Assembly (NCBI GenBank): GCA_965279035.1
Contig: OZ257142.1
Coordinates: forward strand, 3,008,001 to 3,072,000
Length of the DNA: 64,000 nt
Direction: 5' to 3'
Source of the DNA: Bacteroidia bacterium
GTDB taxonomy: Bacteria; Bacteroidota; Bacteroidia; M30B66
A model generated the notes under the pieces. It was not told the origin of the DNA. It did not search any database and saw nothing but the letters and a program-made list of their open reading frames with translations. The translations under genes and the position numbers were made by a program. Positions within the stretch are counted from its first letter, which is position 1. Each line of letters begins with the position of its first letter. Positions 27,007-37,390 of the stretch are shown here, piece after piece.

Positions 27007-30000
27007 ATGCGTAAATTCCATTTACTTTTCTGCTTTTGCTTGTTGATTTTCCAATTCTACAATGGTTTTGCGCAAATTATCATCAACGAAGGTTCCAACA
27101 GAAACTACTCAACTATTGCCGACGAAAATGGCGATTTCCCCGATTGGATTGAATTATACAATGCTGGAAACGATACAGTCAATTTGTATAATTATGCCTT
27201 AAGCGACGCATTAGATCAACCTTCTCAATGGCTTTTTCCACCCATTAACCTTGCACCGGGAGAATTTAAAGTTGTATTCTGTAGTGGTAAAAACCGAAAA
27301 CCGATAAGTGGCTTTCAACATGTTGTTACAAGCAATGCATTCAATCCAGTTACTGGTTGGAATACCCACACTTTTACAGAACCTTTTTATTGGGATGGAA
27401 TTTCCAATATCCTCATCAATGTGTGTTCATTTTCATCTACTGGATATACTGTAAATTCTATTTTCAACCAAACTGAAACTACCTACAATTCTACCTTATA
27501 CAGCTTTCAAGATGGCAGCCCAGCTTCTTGTTCAGCTCAATATGGAACAGCTGCAACGCGTCGACCAAACATAAAATTGAACAATTCAATTATTGGTTCA
27601 GGAACATCGCAAAATGGCAACACCGATTATCCTGCTCCTTATGGAAATTGGTATTGGGGCGCTCGACATCAATTGTTAATTCCAGCCAACGAATTAAATG
27701 CGTCCGGTTTAACTGCCGGAAATATCAATAGTCTCTCCTTCGATATTGCATCAACAGAACCAAGTACGGTTTACGATTACATCGAACTCAACATGAAATT
27801 AGTTTCAGAAAACAATCTGACTACTGAATTTCAATCGATCGATCCCAATATGAACCAACACACCAATTTTAAAATTTCTTCCGATGGTGAAACAGTTTAC
27901 CTCTTTTCACCAGATCATTTGCCGATAAGTTCCTTAGAAGTTTCCGTCCAAAATCTTGATAATAGCACCGGATTATTTCCTGATGCTAGCAGCAATACTG
28001 TTCTGTTTGATATTGCAAGTCCAGCAGCATCCAACAATCAATCAAACATATTTAATTCTTATGCTTTAGCACCCGATTTAATTACTCCATCCGGTCTTTT
28101 TCAATCAACGTTAAACATATCTATAAGTGACTTAAATCCAGTTTCCGAACAAGCAATAATACGTTACACCACCGATGGAAGCGAGCCGAATGATTCATCA
28201 ACACTTTATACTTCATCTGGAATATTTATTTTCACTTCAAGCACCATTCGGGCACGTGCATTTATTGAAGGAAAATTACCAAGTAGCGTAAGTTCAGCAT
28301 CCTATTTATTAGGATTAAATCATGTAACTCCCATTATTTCAGTCATGACCAATTCCAGTAATTTATATGGAAATGCTGGTATTTTCGATCATTGGGATCA
28401 GGATTGGGAGCGCCCCGTGCATGTTGATTATTTCGATACAGATCATAGCCTTATATTTTCCCAAAACAGCGGAATGCAAATCGATGGTGGCTGGGGAGGA
28501 AGTCGATCCAATCCTCAACATTCATTTCGATTAGAATTAGATAATGGAGTTTTAGGCGAAGGATCGGTGAATTTTCCATTTATTCCCAATCGTCCTAATA
28601 GAACCAAATACAGTAATTTTTATTTACGCAATGGTAGTAATCAATACCTCGCATTGCCCTATAAAGATGCCTCACAGGTGATGATGATGGCTGGCGAAAC
28701 AAATAATTATTTCTCTGCTTGGCGCCCTGTCACCGTGTATATCAATGGAAATTATTTTGGTTTATATGAACTACGTGAAAAGTTCGATACCGAATATTTT
28801 AAAACACTCGAAGGTGCAACTTCTGCACAAACCGAAATACTAACAGCAAGTGCTTGGTATGGTTGGGGATTGCGTGCATTAACTGGATCTGTAGAAAATT
28901 TTTATTCGGTACATGCTCAATTCGATCAATTAGATCCCAATGATTCTAATTTCTGGAATAATGCCGATCAGTATTTCGACATGACCTATTACACCGATTA
29001 TATTATTGGAGAAAGTTGGATGGGAAATACCGATTGGCCAGCAAATAATATTAAAATATATCGTTCCGATGCAACCAATCAACGTTATCGGTTTTGTACG
29101 ATCGATTTAGAAATGTCGATGGGACCTTTTGCTTTTACCGATTGTACTATTGATCATATTGCTTATATGCTCGGTCAAGATCAAAATAATCCCTATATCA
29201 ACATCTTTTTAAAAGGTATACAGAACAAGCGTTTCCACGATTATTTCATCAACCGTTTCGCGGATAATATGAACACCACATATCGCATCGATCGTTTATT
29301 GGGAATTGAAAATAGCATGTTTAATTCTACAGTATTGGAAATGCCCAATGAATATGGACGCTGGGGCGATCCCAATGCTATTTCACAACAAATGACTTCC
29401 TTTTACGATAATCATTTATTTTTTCAAGATCAGCTTTCACAACGTACCGAAATTGTCCGGAATAATATTCAAAGCAATTTCGAATTACCCAGTCAGGTGG
29501 ATATGACTTTGGATGTATTTCCTGCAGGTTCAGGTAAAATAAAAATCAGCACCATTACACCTGATGAATATCCTTGGAATGGGGTGTATTTTAATGGTAT
29601 TCCAGTGAAAATTGAAGCCATTGCTAATACGGGTTATCATTTCTTGCATTGGGGAAATAATGCTTTATTAAATGATACATTGCAATCGGTATTTATAGAT
29701 ACACTCAATTTAAATAGTGTTTTATTCAAAGCCTATTTTGAAGAGAATTTTGATGTGAGTACTCAAGAACTTGCATCGTCAAATGGATGGAGCGTTTATC
29801 CCAATCCAGCGCATAATCAACTTTACCTCGCGCATCCTTCAGCTACAAATACGAATAGCTATCAAATTATCGACTTAGCTGGTCGTATTCAACAAAGCGG
29901 AACCATTGTTTCAGATTTGAGTAATTCAGTCATTGATTTGAGTGCATTAGCACCTTCAGCCTATATTATTCGCTTGTTTTCAAAGGAAAAAACAGATGCT

Positions 30001-30027
30001 CAAATCCGATTTATTAAGACACGTTAA
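27007..30027 (+). CDS. T9SS-secreted CotH-family kinase with lamin-tail and CHB_HEX_C/Fn3-associated domains
   Basis: IINE...DWIELYN (LTD), IRYTTDGSEP (CHB_HEX_C), VYINGNYFGLYELRE and GNTDWPANN (CotH), VYPNP...CTD. Confidence 0.88.
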   Translation: MRKFHLLFCFCLLIFQFYNGFAQIIINEGSNRNYSTIADENGDFPDWIELYNAGNDTVNLYNYALSDALDQPSQWLFPPINLAPGEFKVVFCSGKNRKPISGFQHVVTSNAFNPVTGWNTHTFTEPFYWDGISNILINVCSFSSTGYTVNSIFNQTETTYNSTLYSFQDGSPASCSAQYGTAATRRPNIKLNNSIIGSGTSQNGNTDYPAPYGNWYWGARHQLLIPANELNASGLTAGNINSLSFDIASTEPSTVYDYIELNMKLVSENNLTTEFQSIDPNMNQHTNFKISSDGETVYLFSPDHLPISSLEVSVQNLDNSTGLFPDASSNTVLFDIASPAASNNQSNIFNSYALAPDLITPSGLFQSTLNISISDLNPVSEQAIIRYTTDGSEPNDSSTLYTSSGIFIFTSSTIRARAFIEGKLPSSVSSASYLLGLNHVTPIISVMTNSSNLYGNAGIFDHWDQDWERPVHVDYFDTDHSLIFSQNSGMQIDGGWGGSRSNPQHSFRLELDNGVLGEGSVNFPFIPNRPNRTKYSNFYLRNGSNQYLALPYKDASQVMMMAGETNNYFSAWRPVTVYINGNYFGLYELREKFDTEYFKTLEGATSAQTEILTASAWYGWGLRALTGSVENFYSVHAQFDQLDPNDSNFWNNADQYFDMTYYTDYIIGESWMGNTDWPANNIKIYRSDATNQRYRFCTIDLEMSMGPFAFTDCTIDHIAYMLGQDQNNPYINIFLKGIQNKRFHDYFINRFADNMNTTYRIDRLLGIENSMFNSTVLEMPNEYGRWGDPNAISQQMTSFYDNHLFFQDQLSQRTEIVRNNIQSNFELPSQVDMTLDVFPAGSGKIKISTITPDEYPWNGVYFNGIPVKIEAIANTGYHFLHWGNNALLNDTLQSVFIDTLNLNSVLFKAYFEENFDVSTQELASSNGWSVYPNPAHNQLYLAHPSATNTNSYQIIDLAGRIQQSGTIVSDLSNSVIDLSALAPSAYIIRLFSKEKTDAQIRFIKTR

Positions 30028-30029
30028 AA

Positions 30030-31445
30030 TCAAAAAATAAGTACTAAAATCACCAATAAAATAAATGAAATAATATTGAGTACAATTCCGGCTCTCAACA
30101 TTTCGGATGGACGAATATGACCACTACTAAAAGCAATAGCATTCGGTGGTGTACTCATGGGAAACATAAAATCGCAGCTTGCCGAAATAGTTACTGGAAT
30201 AGCAAATACCAAAGGATCAATTCCACGAGTTTGAGCTAAAGCAGCAACAACGGGAACGAAAATCGTCACCATCGCTAAATTGCTCATAAATGCAGTGAGA
30301 ATCAAACCGATTCCACATAATAAAATGAGATAAGCATCCGCACTGAGGCCTTGTAATGAAGCCAAATGACTGGTAAGCATATCAAGTGCACCACATTTTT
30401 TAAAAGCCATAGCCAGCGATAAACCACCACCAAACATGAGCAAAATTCCCCAAGGTAAACGGCTTGTGTCATCCCAATGCAACATGGTTTCATCGTCATT
30501 TCCTTTGATAATAAATAAACTCACACCCGCTGCCATAGCTACCCAAACATCACTCAATGGATAAGTTGGATAAAAAGATTTGATAATTCCTTCGGAGAGC
30601 CATAACGTAACAGCACAACAGAAGACAATCAACATACGCTTTTCACTTTTACTAAAAGCTCCTAATTGTATTAATTCATGTTGAAAAAATGCATGTCCTT
30701 TTTCAAATTTCCCTAAATGCACCGGAAATATCCAATGGCTTAAAACATAATACGCTGATAGCAATAAAACCAATGAAAAAGGAGTTCCATAAAGCATCCA
30801 TTCGGCGAAGGAAATTTCTCGGTTAAAAGTCTCACTTAATATTCCAACAGCAGCTGCATTGGGCGGTGTTCCAATGAGAGTAGCCATTCCACCAATACTG
30901 GATGCATATGCTATTCCTAGAAAAAGATTGAGCTTAAAATTGCGAATGGAGCGACTATGTTCGGTTTCATCGGTGTGAAATAAATTTGCTACAGCCAACG
31001 CAATAGGAAACATCATTAATGTGGTTGCTGTATTCGAAATCCACATGCTGATGAACCACGAAGACAACATAAATCCGAGAATAATACGATTGGAATTTGT
31101 TCCTGTTATGAGCACTAAACTCAAGGAAAAACGTTTATGTAATTGGGATTTTTCGAGCGCCAATGCCATGAGAAATCCACCTAAAAAAAGAAACACGAAT
31201 TTATCTCCATAAGGTGCGCATGCGGCTTCCATGGTGGAAATTCCTAAAACGGGAAAAAGCAAAATGGGTAATAATGCTGTAACAGCCATTGGAACTGATT
31301 CAAGCAGCCACCAAGCAAGCATCCAGAGTAATATTCCCAACACCATTATAACTTGAATGGACCAATGAAAAGGATTGATCCATATGAGTAAAGATGTAAT
31401 CAAGGGTGGCAAAACGATCTTTAAGAAATGGGATGATTGTTTCAT
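30030..31445 (-). CDS. DASS/SLC13 sodium:dicarboxylate/sulfate symporter
   Basis: SMWISNTAT, IGGMATLIGTPPN, LPWGILLMFGGGLSL, STPPNAIAF. Confidence 0.92.
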   Translation of the reverse strand: MKQSSHFLKIVLPPLITSLLIWINPFHWSIQVIMVLGILLWMLAWWLLESVPMAVTALLPILLFPVLGISTMEAACAPYGDKFVFLFLGGFLMALALEKSQLHKRFSLSLVLITGTNSNRIILGFMLSSWFISMWISNTATTLMMFPIALAVANLFHTDETEHSRSIRNFKLNLFLGIAYASSIGGMATLIGTPPNAAAVGILSETFNREISFAEWMLYGTPFSLVLLLSAYYVLSHWIFPVHLGKFEKGHAFFQHELIQLGAFSKSEKRMLIVFCCAVTLWLSEGIIKSFYPTYPLSDVWVAMAAGVSLFIIKGNDDETMLHWDDTSRLPWGILLMFGGGLSLAMAFKKCGALDMLTSHLASLQGLSADAYLILLCGIGLILTAFMSNLAMVTIFVPVVAALAQTRGIDPLVFAIPVTISASCDFMFPMSTPPNAIAFSSGHIRPSEMLRAGIVLNIISFILLVILVLIF

Positions 31446-31524
31446 TAAATTCTAAAATGGTTGATTGGTAACTTCATGCAAATAATTAGTAATCGTAATA
31501 AATGTGGAATAAAAAACTTCTGAA

Positions 31525-31743
31525 TTAATGAGTTGATTTTGATTTACGAACAAACCCAAAATAAAAACTGAATAAGAAAAACACGAAATGTATACAACCA
31601 CGAATAAATAAAAATTCATGTGTCATTGTACTTCCCATAAAGGGTAAATCGATTTTTAAATAGGAGAAATACCAGCTAGCGCCCGCCGTAACGAAAAATG
31701 CACCTGATAAAAATTTAGCTATTTCCTTCCACTGTATTTTCAT
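31525..31743 (-). CDS. Small two-TM hypothetical membrane protein
   Basis: 72 aa with two hydrophobic segments; fills the gap co-oriented with its neighbours. Confidence 0.6.
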   Translation of the reverse strand: MKIQWKEIAKFLSGAFFVTAGASWYFSYLKIDLPFMGSTMTHEFLFIRGCIHFVFFLFSFYFGFVRKSKSTH

Positions 31744-31763
31744 CCTGAATCTCGTTTATTGAT

Positions 31764-32729
31764 TTAATGCCGATTATCACAATTGATATAAACGGGTGGT
31801 AGGTCTTTCTTCAAAAAGGTAATTTTATCACAGCCAAAAGACATATACTCAAAACCCATAATTACTGGTGGTTTCCCTTTGAATAATCTACCAACAAATT
31901 GATTTATCATCTTTTCATTTGTCATCAAATTTAAAGGCGCAGGCATGGTACTTTCAGAATCATAAAAACAATCATTTCGAACGAGTGTATTGGTTTTACT
32001 GTCGGTTACAATGAGTTGTCTTGCAGCTAAGTTATCATTTTCATTACTCAAAATATCTTGTGCAAAAATGGTATAACCAACTAAAGTAGCACGATATGTA
32101 GTTCCTCTTTTCACATTACGCAATACCCATCTATTGGTCGTATCAACCTCATAAGGAGGGAATTCTTTAGCTGGAACTTTTGTCCAAACAATGGGTTTCA
32201 TTTGTCCTTTTATGAAAGGATTTTTTTTACCAATGCATACCAATGGGAAAAAATAATTGGGACATAATTTTTTCCGAATTGCTGAAGGGATTTCAAATCC
32301 AATTTGATAATCATAGGCTTGATGTGGATATTCATCATCGGAACGATAATCATTCAATTTGGCTATTACTTTCAACGATTTAACAGAGAAAGAGGCACTC
32401 AAATGACTCTCGTAATTATAGATAAAAACACTATCAGTAGGAGTAATATGTGTCCCTTCTAAAAAGCGTTTACGATAAATCGAATCAAGATAAAAATGTT
32501 TTGATTGAACTGTATCCAACAATTCCATGGAAGGTATAGCAGCAGAATCGGGTGATTCGCTCGGGAAATACACATCCGACATCGAAATAAATCCAACCGT
32601 TTGCTTCGCTGTTTTTTCGTAGGGAATTAAATAAAAGACATTTAAATCTTGCGCAATAACATTGCTTTCTGATAAAAAGAAAACTAAAAATAAAAATAAA
32701 ACAAGCAGATTTCGATATTTTAAAAACAT
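31764..32729 (-). CDS. Secreted hypothetical protein
   Basis: Signal peptide; 321 aa; no recognised motif. Confidence 0.7.
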   Translation of the reverse strand: MFLKYRNLLVLFLFLVFFLSESNVIAQDLNVFYLIPYEKTAKQTVGFISMSDVYFPSESPDSAAIPSMELLDTVQSKHFYLDSIYRKRFLEGTHITPTDSVFIYNYESHLSASFSVKSLKVIAKLNDYRSDDEYPHQAYDYQIGFEIPSAIRKKLCPNYFFPLVCIGKKNPFIKGQMKPIVWTKVPAKEFPPYEVDTTNRWVLRNVKRGTTYRATLVGYTIFAQDILSNENDNLAARQLIVTDSKTNTLVRNDCFYDSESTMPAPLNLMTNEKMINQFVGRLFKGKPPVIMGFEYMSFGCDKITFLKKDLPPVYINCDNRH

Positions 32730-32765
32730 AGATTTGAATTGGATTCATTCAAAGGATTAAAATAA

Positions 32766-33713
32766 TTAATCCTTGTAATATAAAAAATAATAGGCTTCTA
32801 CATTGTCCAGATAAGCCCCATCAAAACCCGCATTCAGAATTTTCTTCATATAAGAATCATCATTCCCATAAATAATTTCTTGCCAATTTTTTTTCCAAAA
32901 TCTCACCCAAAACTCCCGATCATATCCTTCATATTTCCTCTTAATCAAAAGCGGATGAAGCATTCCCCAGCCTTTTTTCCAATAATATCGATCCTTTTCT
33001 GCTGCTCCAATATTAATATAGGAAATCACTAATCGACTTCCACCATTGGCTTTTGTTTTTAATTGACTGATATCTGTTGCTGACAATTCCTCATCATTAA
33101 AAAATAAATCAATTAAGATTACATCATAATTTGTAGATGAAATCGCAGATAAATATGCATCCTTCGATGTAAATTGAGTTTCATCGGGACCAATGAGATA
33201 CAAATAATTTTGCGCTTGAGATAGCTGTGTGATATTTAAATTATTCTCATTAGGAATCGTATCAGGAATCTGAACATAATCGTAGTTCTGACTCGTTCGA
33301 GTAAAGCAAATAAATGATTCAGCCGAATTTTTAGCATAAGCATCCGATATGAATGCATCATTGGTAACATATTCCGAAACCAATACTTTTTTACTTTGTT
33401 TCACTTGCTGAAGCATGGATAAACGATCAGTATCCAAAGCAGATTCACCATTATAAAATAATTCCTCTACTCCTACTCCATCAATTGCGTTCAAATAGTC
33501 CATATTCAGCCCATTTGCTGGATCTTGATCATTAAAAGCCAGCTCTATTCCATTCTGAGGTACAATAATGAAATCGGAATCAAATCCACGGGCATAGGTT
33601 GAAATTTGAATGACAAATTCCTGCATATTACCAAATGCCTTATCCGAATGCTTTTCCTTGGAACAAGAAAGAAAAATGAATAGAAAAAGAAATGATACAA
33701 AGCTGACTTTCAT
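32766..33713 (-). CDS. Endo-alpha-1,4-polygalactosaminidase-like (GH114/TM1410) lipoprotein
   Basis: Lipobox (FLSC); IVPQNG, IDGVGVEEL, ISYINIGAAE..RYYW and AGFDGAYLD motifs. Confidence 0.8.
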   Translation of the reverse strand: MKVSFVSFLFLFIFLSCSKEKHSDKAFGNMQEFVIQISTYARGFDSDFIIVPQNGIELAFNDQDPANGLNMDYLNAIDGVGVEELFYNGESALDTDRLSMLQQVKQSKKVLVSEYVTNDAFISDAYAKNSAESFICFTRTSQNYDYVQIPDTIPNENNLNITQLSQAQNYLYLIGPDETQFTSKDAYLSAISSTNYDVILIDLFFNDEELSATDISQLKTKANGGSRLVISYINIGAAEKDRYYWKKGWGMLHPLLIKRKYEGYDREFWVRFWKKNWQEIIYGNDDSYMKKILNAGFDGAYLDNVEAYYFLYYKD

Positions 33714-33773
33714 TCAAGCTATAATGGAAATACTAAGATATTAATCCGATTGAAATGAAGCGCTTTGCTAAAA

Positions 33774-35828
33774 TCAATAACGCAGCAAATCCTCCATGGC
33801 AGCTTTTACTTTTTCAATGTTGGGAATCATGGTAAATTCTAACACACTATTCAATGGAATTGCAGGTAAATTTTCTGAACCAATCACACGAACAGGTCCA
33901 TCGAGCGATTCGAAACATTGTTCTTGAATTAATCCGGAAAGACTGCGAGCAAAAGAATTACTCACCGATTCTTCGGTAACAATTAAGCATTTTTTTGTCT
34001 TACGAACGGAGTTGAAAATAGCATTTTCATCTAATGGATAAATCGTACGCAAATCAATGATTTCAACTTTATCTTTTATGCTTTTAGATGCATTCAATGC
34101 CCAATGCACACCCATTCCATAAGTAATAACGGAGATGGTTTCATGCGTTTTTTGTTCTTCAATTTCTTGTACAATGGCTGCTTTTCCTAAAGGCAAAATA
34201 TAATCTTCAGCTGGTTCTATAGAACGTGCTTCGTCAGTACCTTTTACTTTTGACCAATACAAACCTTTATGCTCCAAAATCACGACTGGATTTGGATCGT
34301 AATAAGCTGCTTTCATCAAACCCTTTAAATCGGCACCATTGCTTGGATAAACGATTTTAATTCCACGAATATTAGCTAAGACACTTTCTACTGATGAAGA
34401 GTGATACGGTCCTCCACTTCCATAAGCACCAATTGGAACACGTAAAATCATGCTAACGGGCCATTTACCATTGGTCAAATAACACGAACGTGCTACTTCA
34501 GTAAAAAGCTGATTCAAGCCTGGCCAGATATAATCCGCGAATTGAACTTCTACTATCGGTTTTAATCCAACAGCCGACATTCCTACCGTAGAACCAACGA
34601 TAAAGGCTTCCTGAATGGGTGTATTGAAAACGCGTTCATCACCAAATTTCTGTGCCAGTGTTGCAGCTTCGCGGAACACACCACCTAAGCGTGCGCCAAC
34701 ATCTTGTCCGTATAATAAGCATTCAGGATGCTTACGCATGAGTTCTTCAACCGCAAAAAGGGCACAATCCACCATGAGAATTTTATCATCTCGTTGTGGA
34801 GTTCTATTTCCGGTTTCTTCGATTATGGTTGTTGGAGCGAAATCGTGGGTAAATAAATCTTCAGGTCGAGGATCTTCCGCTAGGATTGCCCGATTGTAAT
34901 CCAATTGTACTTTTTCTTGTGCCGATTTTTCCAGAGCGTCAATTTCAGATTGAGCAAATCCAGCCTCGATGAGTTGTTTAATAAGCACTGGATAAGGATC
35001 TCGAGAACGAGCTTCATTTAGATCATCGCGATACCATTCCATGCGCACACCCGAAGTGTGGTGATTGAGCAATGGCACTTTTGCATGAACTAAAAAGGGA
35101 CGACGTTCGGTGCGAATCGTATGTATTACTTTCGATAAAGCCTCATAACATTCGCTAAAATTAGCTCCATCAATCGAAATGGCTTCTATTCCATTAAAAC
35201 CTTTGATATAATCGAATGCACTTTGAGCTCGGGTTTCTTTCGCATTGGCAGAAATATCCCAGCCATTGTCTTGCACCAAATACAATATAGGCAATTGCTT
35301 CAAAGCAGCCATTTGAAAGGCTTCTGCGACTTCTCCTTCGGTAACAGATGCATCACCTAAGGAACACACCACCAAGGGTAAATCGGTGATGGATGGATCG
35401 TTTAATGCGACATTTTCTTTGTACCAAAATCCCATGGCAGTTCCAGTAGCAGGAATGGCTTGCATACCAGTAGCAGAAGATTGATGAGGGATTTTAGGTT
35501 TATCAACATCACGCAAACTTGGGTGACAGTAATAAGTTCTCCCACCGGAAAATGGATCATCTCGTTTGGCCATCAATTGCAACATCAAATCATAAGGCTG
35601 CATACCAATACCAAGCAACATGGAATCATCACGGTAATAAGGAAATGCGTAATCTTGAGGCAATAACTGTAGGGCGGTGGCAAGTTGAATTGCTTCATGA
35701 CCTCGCGAGGTAGCATGTACATATTTCGAAACCACTTTGAAATTGGATTCATACAATTCCGTCATGGCTTTGGCTGATGCCATTAGATAAAAAGCCTTTT
35801 CGAGGATGTTCCTTGGAATACCTTGCAT
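33774..35828 (-). CDS. 2-oxoacid dehydrogenase E1, fused alpha/beta subunits
   Basis: TPP motif GDASVTEG...QDN, then GQDV, GGVFR, NTPIQE, VEVQFADY, GGPYHS. Confidence 0.92.
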   Translation of the reverse strand: MQGIPRNILEKAFYLMASAKAMTELYESNFKVVSKYVHATSRGHEAIQLATALQLLPQDYAFPYYRDDSMLLGIGMQPYDLMLQLMAKRDDPFSGGRTYYCHPSLRDVDKPKIPHQSSATGMQAIPATGTAMGFWYKENVALNDPSITDLPLVVCSLGDASVTEGEVAEAFQMAALKQLPILYLVQDNGWDISANAKETRAQSAFDYIKGFNGIEAISIDGANFSECYEALSKVIHTIRTERRPFLVHAKVPLLNHHTSGVRMEWYRDDLNEARSRDPYPVLIKQLIEAGFAQSEIDALEKSAQEKVQLDYNRAILAEDPRPEDLFTHDFAPTTIIEETGNRTPQRDDKILMVDCALFAVEELMRKHPECLLYGQDVGARLGGVFREAATLAQKFGDERVFNTPIQEAFIVGSTVGMSAVGLKPIVEVQFADYIWPGLNQLFTEVARSCYLTNGKWPVSMILRVPIGAYGSGGPYHSSSVESVLANIRGIKIVYPSNGADLKGLMKAAYYDPNPVVILEHKGLYWSKVKGTDEARSIEPAEDYILPLGKAAIVQEIEEQKTHETISVITYGMGVHWALNASKSIKDKVEIIDLRTIYPLDENAIFNSVRKTKKCLIVTEESVSNSFARSLSGLIQEQCFESLDGPVRVIGSENLPAIPLNSVLEFTMIPNIEKVKAAMEDLLRY

Positions 35829-35918
35829 AGAGGGCGCGAAGATAACAAATTCGTTATGATTGAATTCTGGAGATAGAAGGGCAAAATGTATTTTATACTA
35901 ATCTATTAAAATTCTTTT

Positions 35919-35936
35919 TGCTTAACACACTAAGCA
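35919..35936. promoter_or_regulatory. Palindromic operator TGCTTA-N6-TAAGCA (distal copy)
   Basis: TGCTTAACACACTAAGCA. Confidence 0.55.
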
Positions 35937-36127
35937 ATTTGAATAATTTAGTTATATAATATTGTTATTCAATTGTTTACATCATTCAATATTGATAGTC
36001 CTTATGAATTCATACAATTTTTACACCCTATTTTAGGTTTATAAATTTCCAAACTCAAGATCAATCTATCAAAAAAGACCTTCGCAACTATCTGTTTTTC
36101 TGTATATTGTATCAAATAATTGCAGTT

Positions 36128-36170
36128 TGCTTAATATATTAAGCATTTTATTCATATGTTGCTATCTTTG
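36128..36170 (+). promoter_or_regulatory. Perfect palindromic operator plus Bacteroidota -7 promoter box of the ATPase gene
   Basis: TGCTTAATATATTAAGCA (36128-36145, perfect 18-bp palindrome); TATCTTTG at 36163-36170; ATG at 36188. Confidence 0.7.
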
Positions 36171-36187
36171 GTGATTATAAATTCAAA

Positions 36188-37390
36188 ATGGCACAAATAG
36201 ATTCTCTTTTAGAACGAAATGCTCGAAAGCTAAATCAAACCGAATTGGTTCATATTCGTTATTTAATGGATGAAATCGACTGGAATCAGCGTCTTATAGG
36301 ATTAAAAGGCGCTAGAGGTGTAGGCAAAACCACTTTGTTGTTACAACGACTAAAATTGCTCAATCTTCCAGCAAATAAAGCGTTATATGTGAGTTGCGAC
36401 TCAATATGGTTTAGTCAGAATAGCTTAGTTGAGTTGGCAGAAACCTTTGCACGCGAAGGAGGATTATACTTGTTTATGGATGAAGTACATAAATACCCGA
36501 ATTGGGCTCAGGAACTCAAAAACGTGTATGATGATCTTCCTGAATTACATGTTGTTTTTACAGGTTCTTCATTACTCGAAATCCTTAATGCTCGAGCCGA
36601 TTTAAGTCGACGTGCGATTGTATATGATATGCAGGGATTATCATTAAGAGAGTTTATAAATTTCGAAACAGACCAAGCACTCCCAATTATAACAATCAAT
36701 AATTTACAAGAAAACCATGAGGAAAGGGCTAAAGAAGTGTGCGAAAAGCTACGCCCATTGGAGTATTTCCGAGATTATTTACAATATGGATATTATCCAT
36801 TTTACAGAGAATCCATCAATTTGTATCCATCCAAAGTGGAGGAAATTATCAGTATGATTCTCTATATAGAATTGCCATTGCTTCGAAAATTGGATGTATC
36901 GTACATTCCTAAAATGAAGCAATTACTTCATGTTATAGCCGAATCTGCTCCTTTTGTTCCGAATGTATCTAAGCTCAGTGAACGAATTGGTATTAATCGG
37001 AACACATTCATCTCCTACCTCTTTTACCTTAATGAAGCCGGATTAACTCGGAACCTTTATAAAGACATTAAAGGAGTATCTCGTTTGCAAAAACCCGATA
37101 AAATATACCTAGACAATCCCAATCTACACTTCATTTTAACTGGTCAAAAACCCAATATCGGTCATGTTCGCGAATGCTTTTTCCTCAATCAATTGCAATA
37201 TAATCACACAGTAGAATACATTCAAGATGGTGATTTTAGTGCTGATGGAAAATTCCATTTCGAACTTGGAGGGAAACAGAAAACCGGGAAACAACTAAAA
37301 GGGGCTAACGACTCTTGGATTGTTTCTGATAGTATAGAAATTGGAAGTGGATCTCGTATTCCACTTTGGATGTTTGGGTTTCTTTATTGA
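36188..37390 (+). CDS. AAA_14/DUF4143-type ATPase
   Basis: GARGVGKT, LFMDEVH, FTGSS, KIYLDNPNL and FELGG; a wHTH-like segment (NVSKLSERIGINRNTFISYL). Confidence 0.88.
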   Translation: MAQIDSLLERNARKLNQTELVHIRYLMDEIDWNQRLIGLKGARGVGKTTLLLQRLKLLNLPANKALYVSCDSIWFSQNSLVELAETFAREGGLYLFMDEVHKYPNWAQELKNVYDDLPELHVVFTGSSLLEILNARADLSRRAIVYDMQGLSLREFINFETDQALPIITINNLQENHEERAKEVCEKLRPLEYFRDYLQYGYYPFYRESINLYPSKVEEIISMILYIELPLLRKLDVSYIPKMKQLLHVIAESAPFVPNVSKLSERIGINRNTFISYLFYLNEAGLTRNLYKDIKGVSRLQKPDKIYLDNPNLHFILTGQKPNIGHVRECFFLNQLQYNHTVEYIQDGDFSADGKFHFELGGKQKTGKQLKGANDSWIVSDSIEIGSGSRIPLWMFGFLY

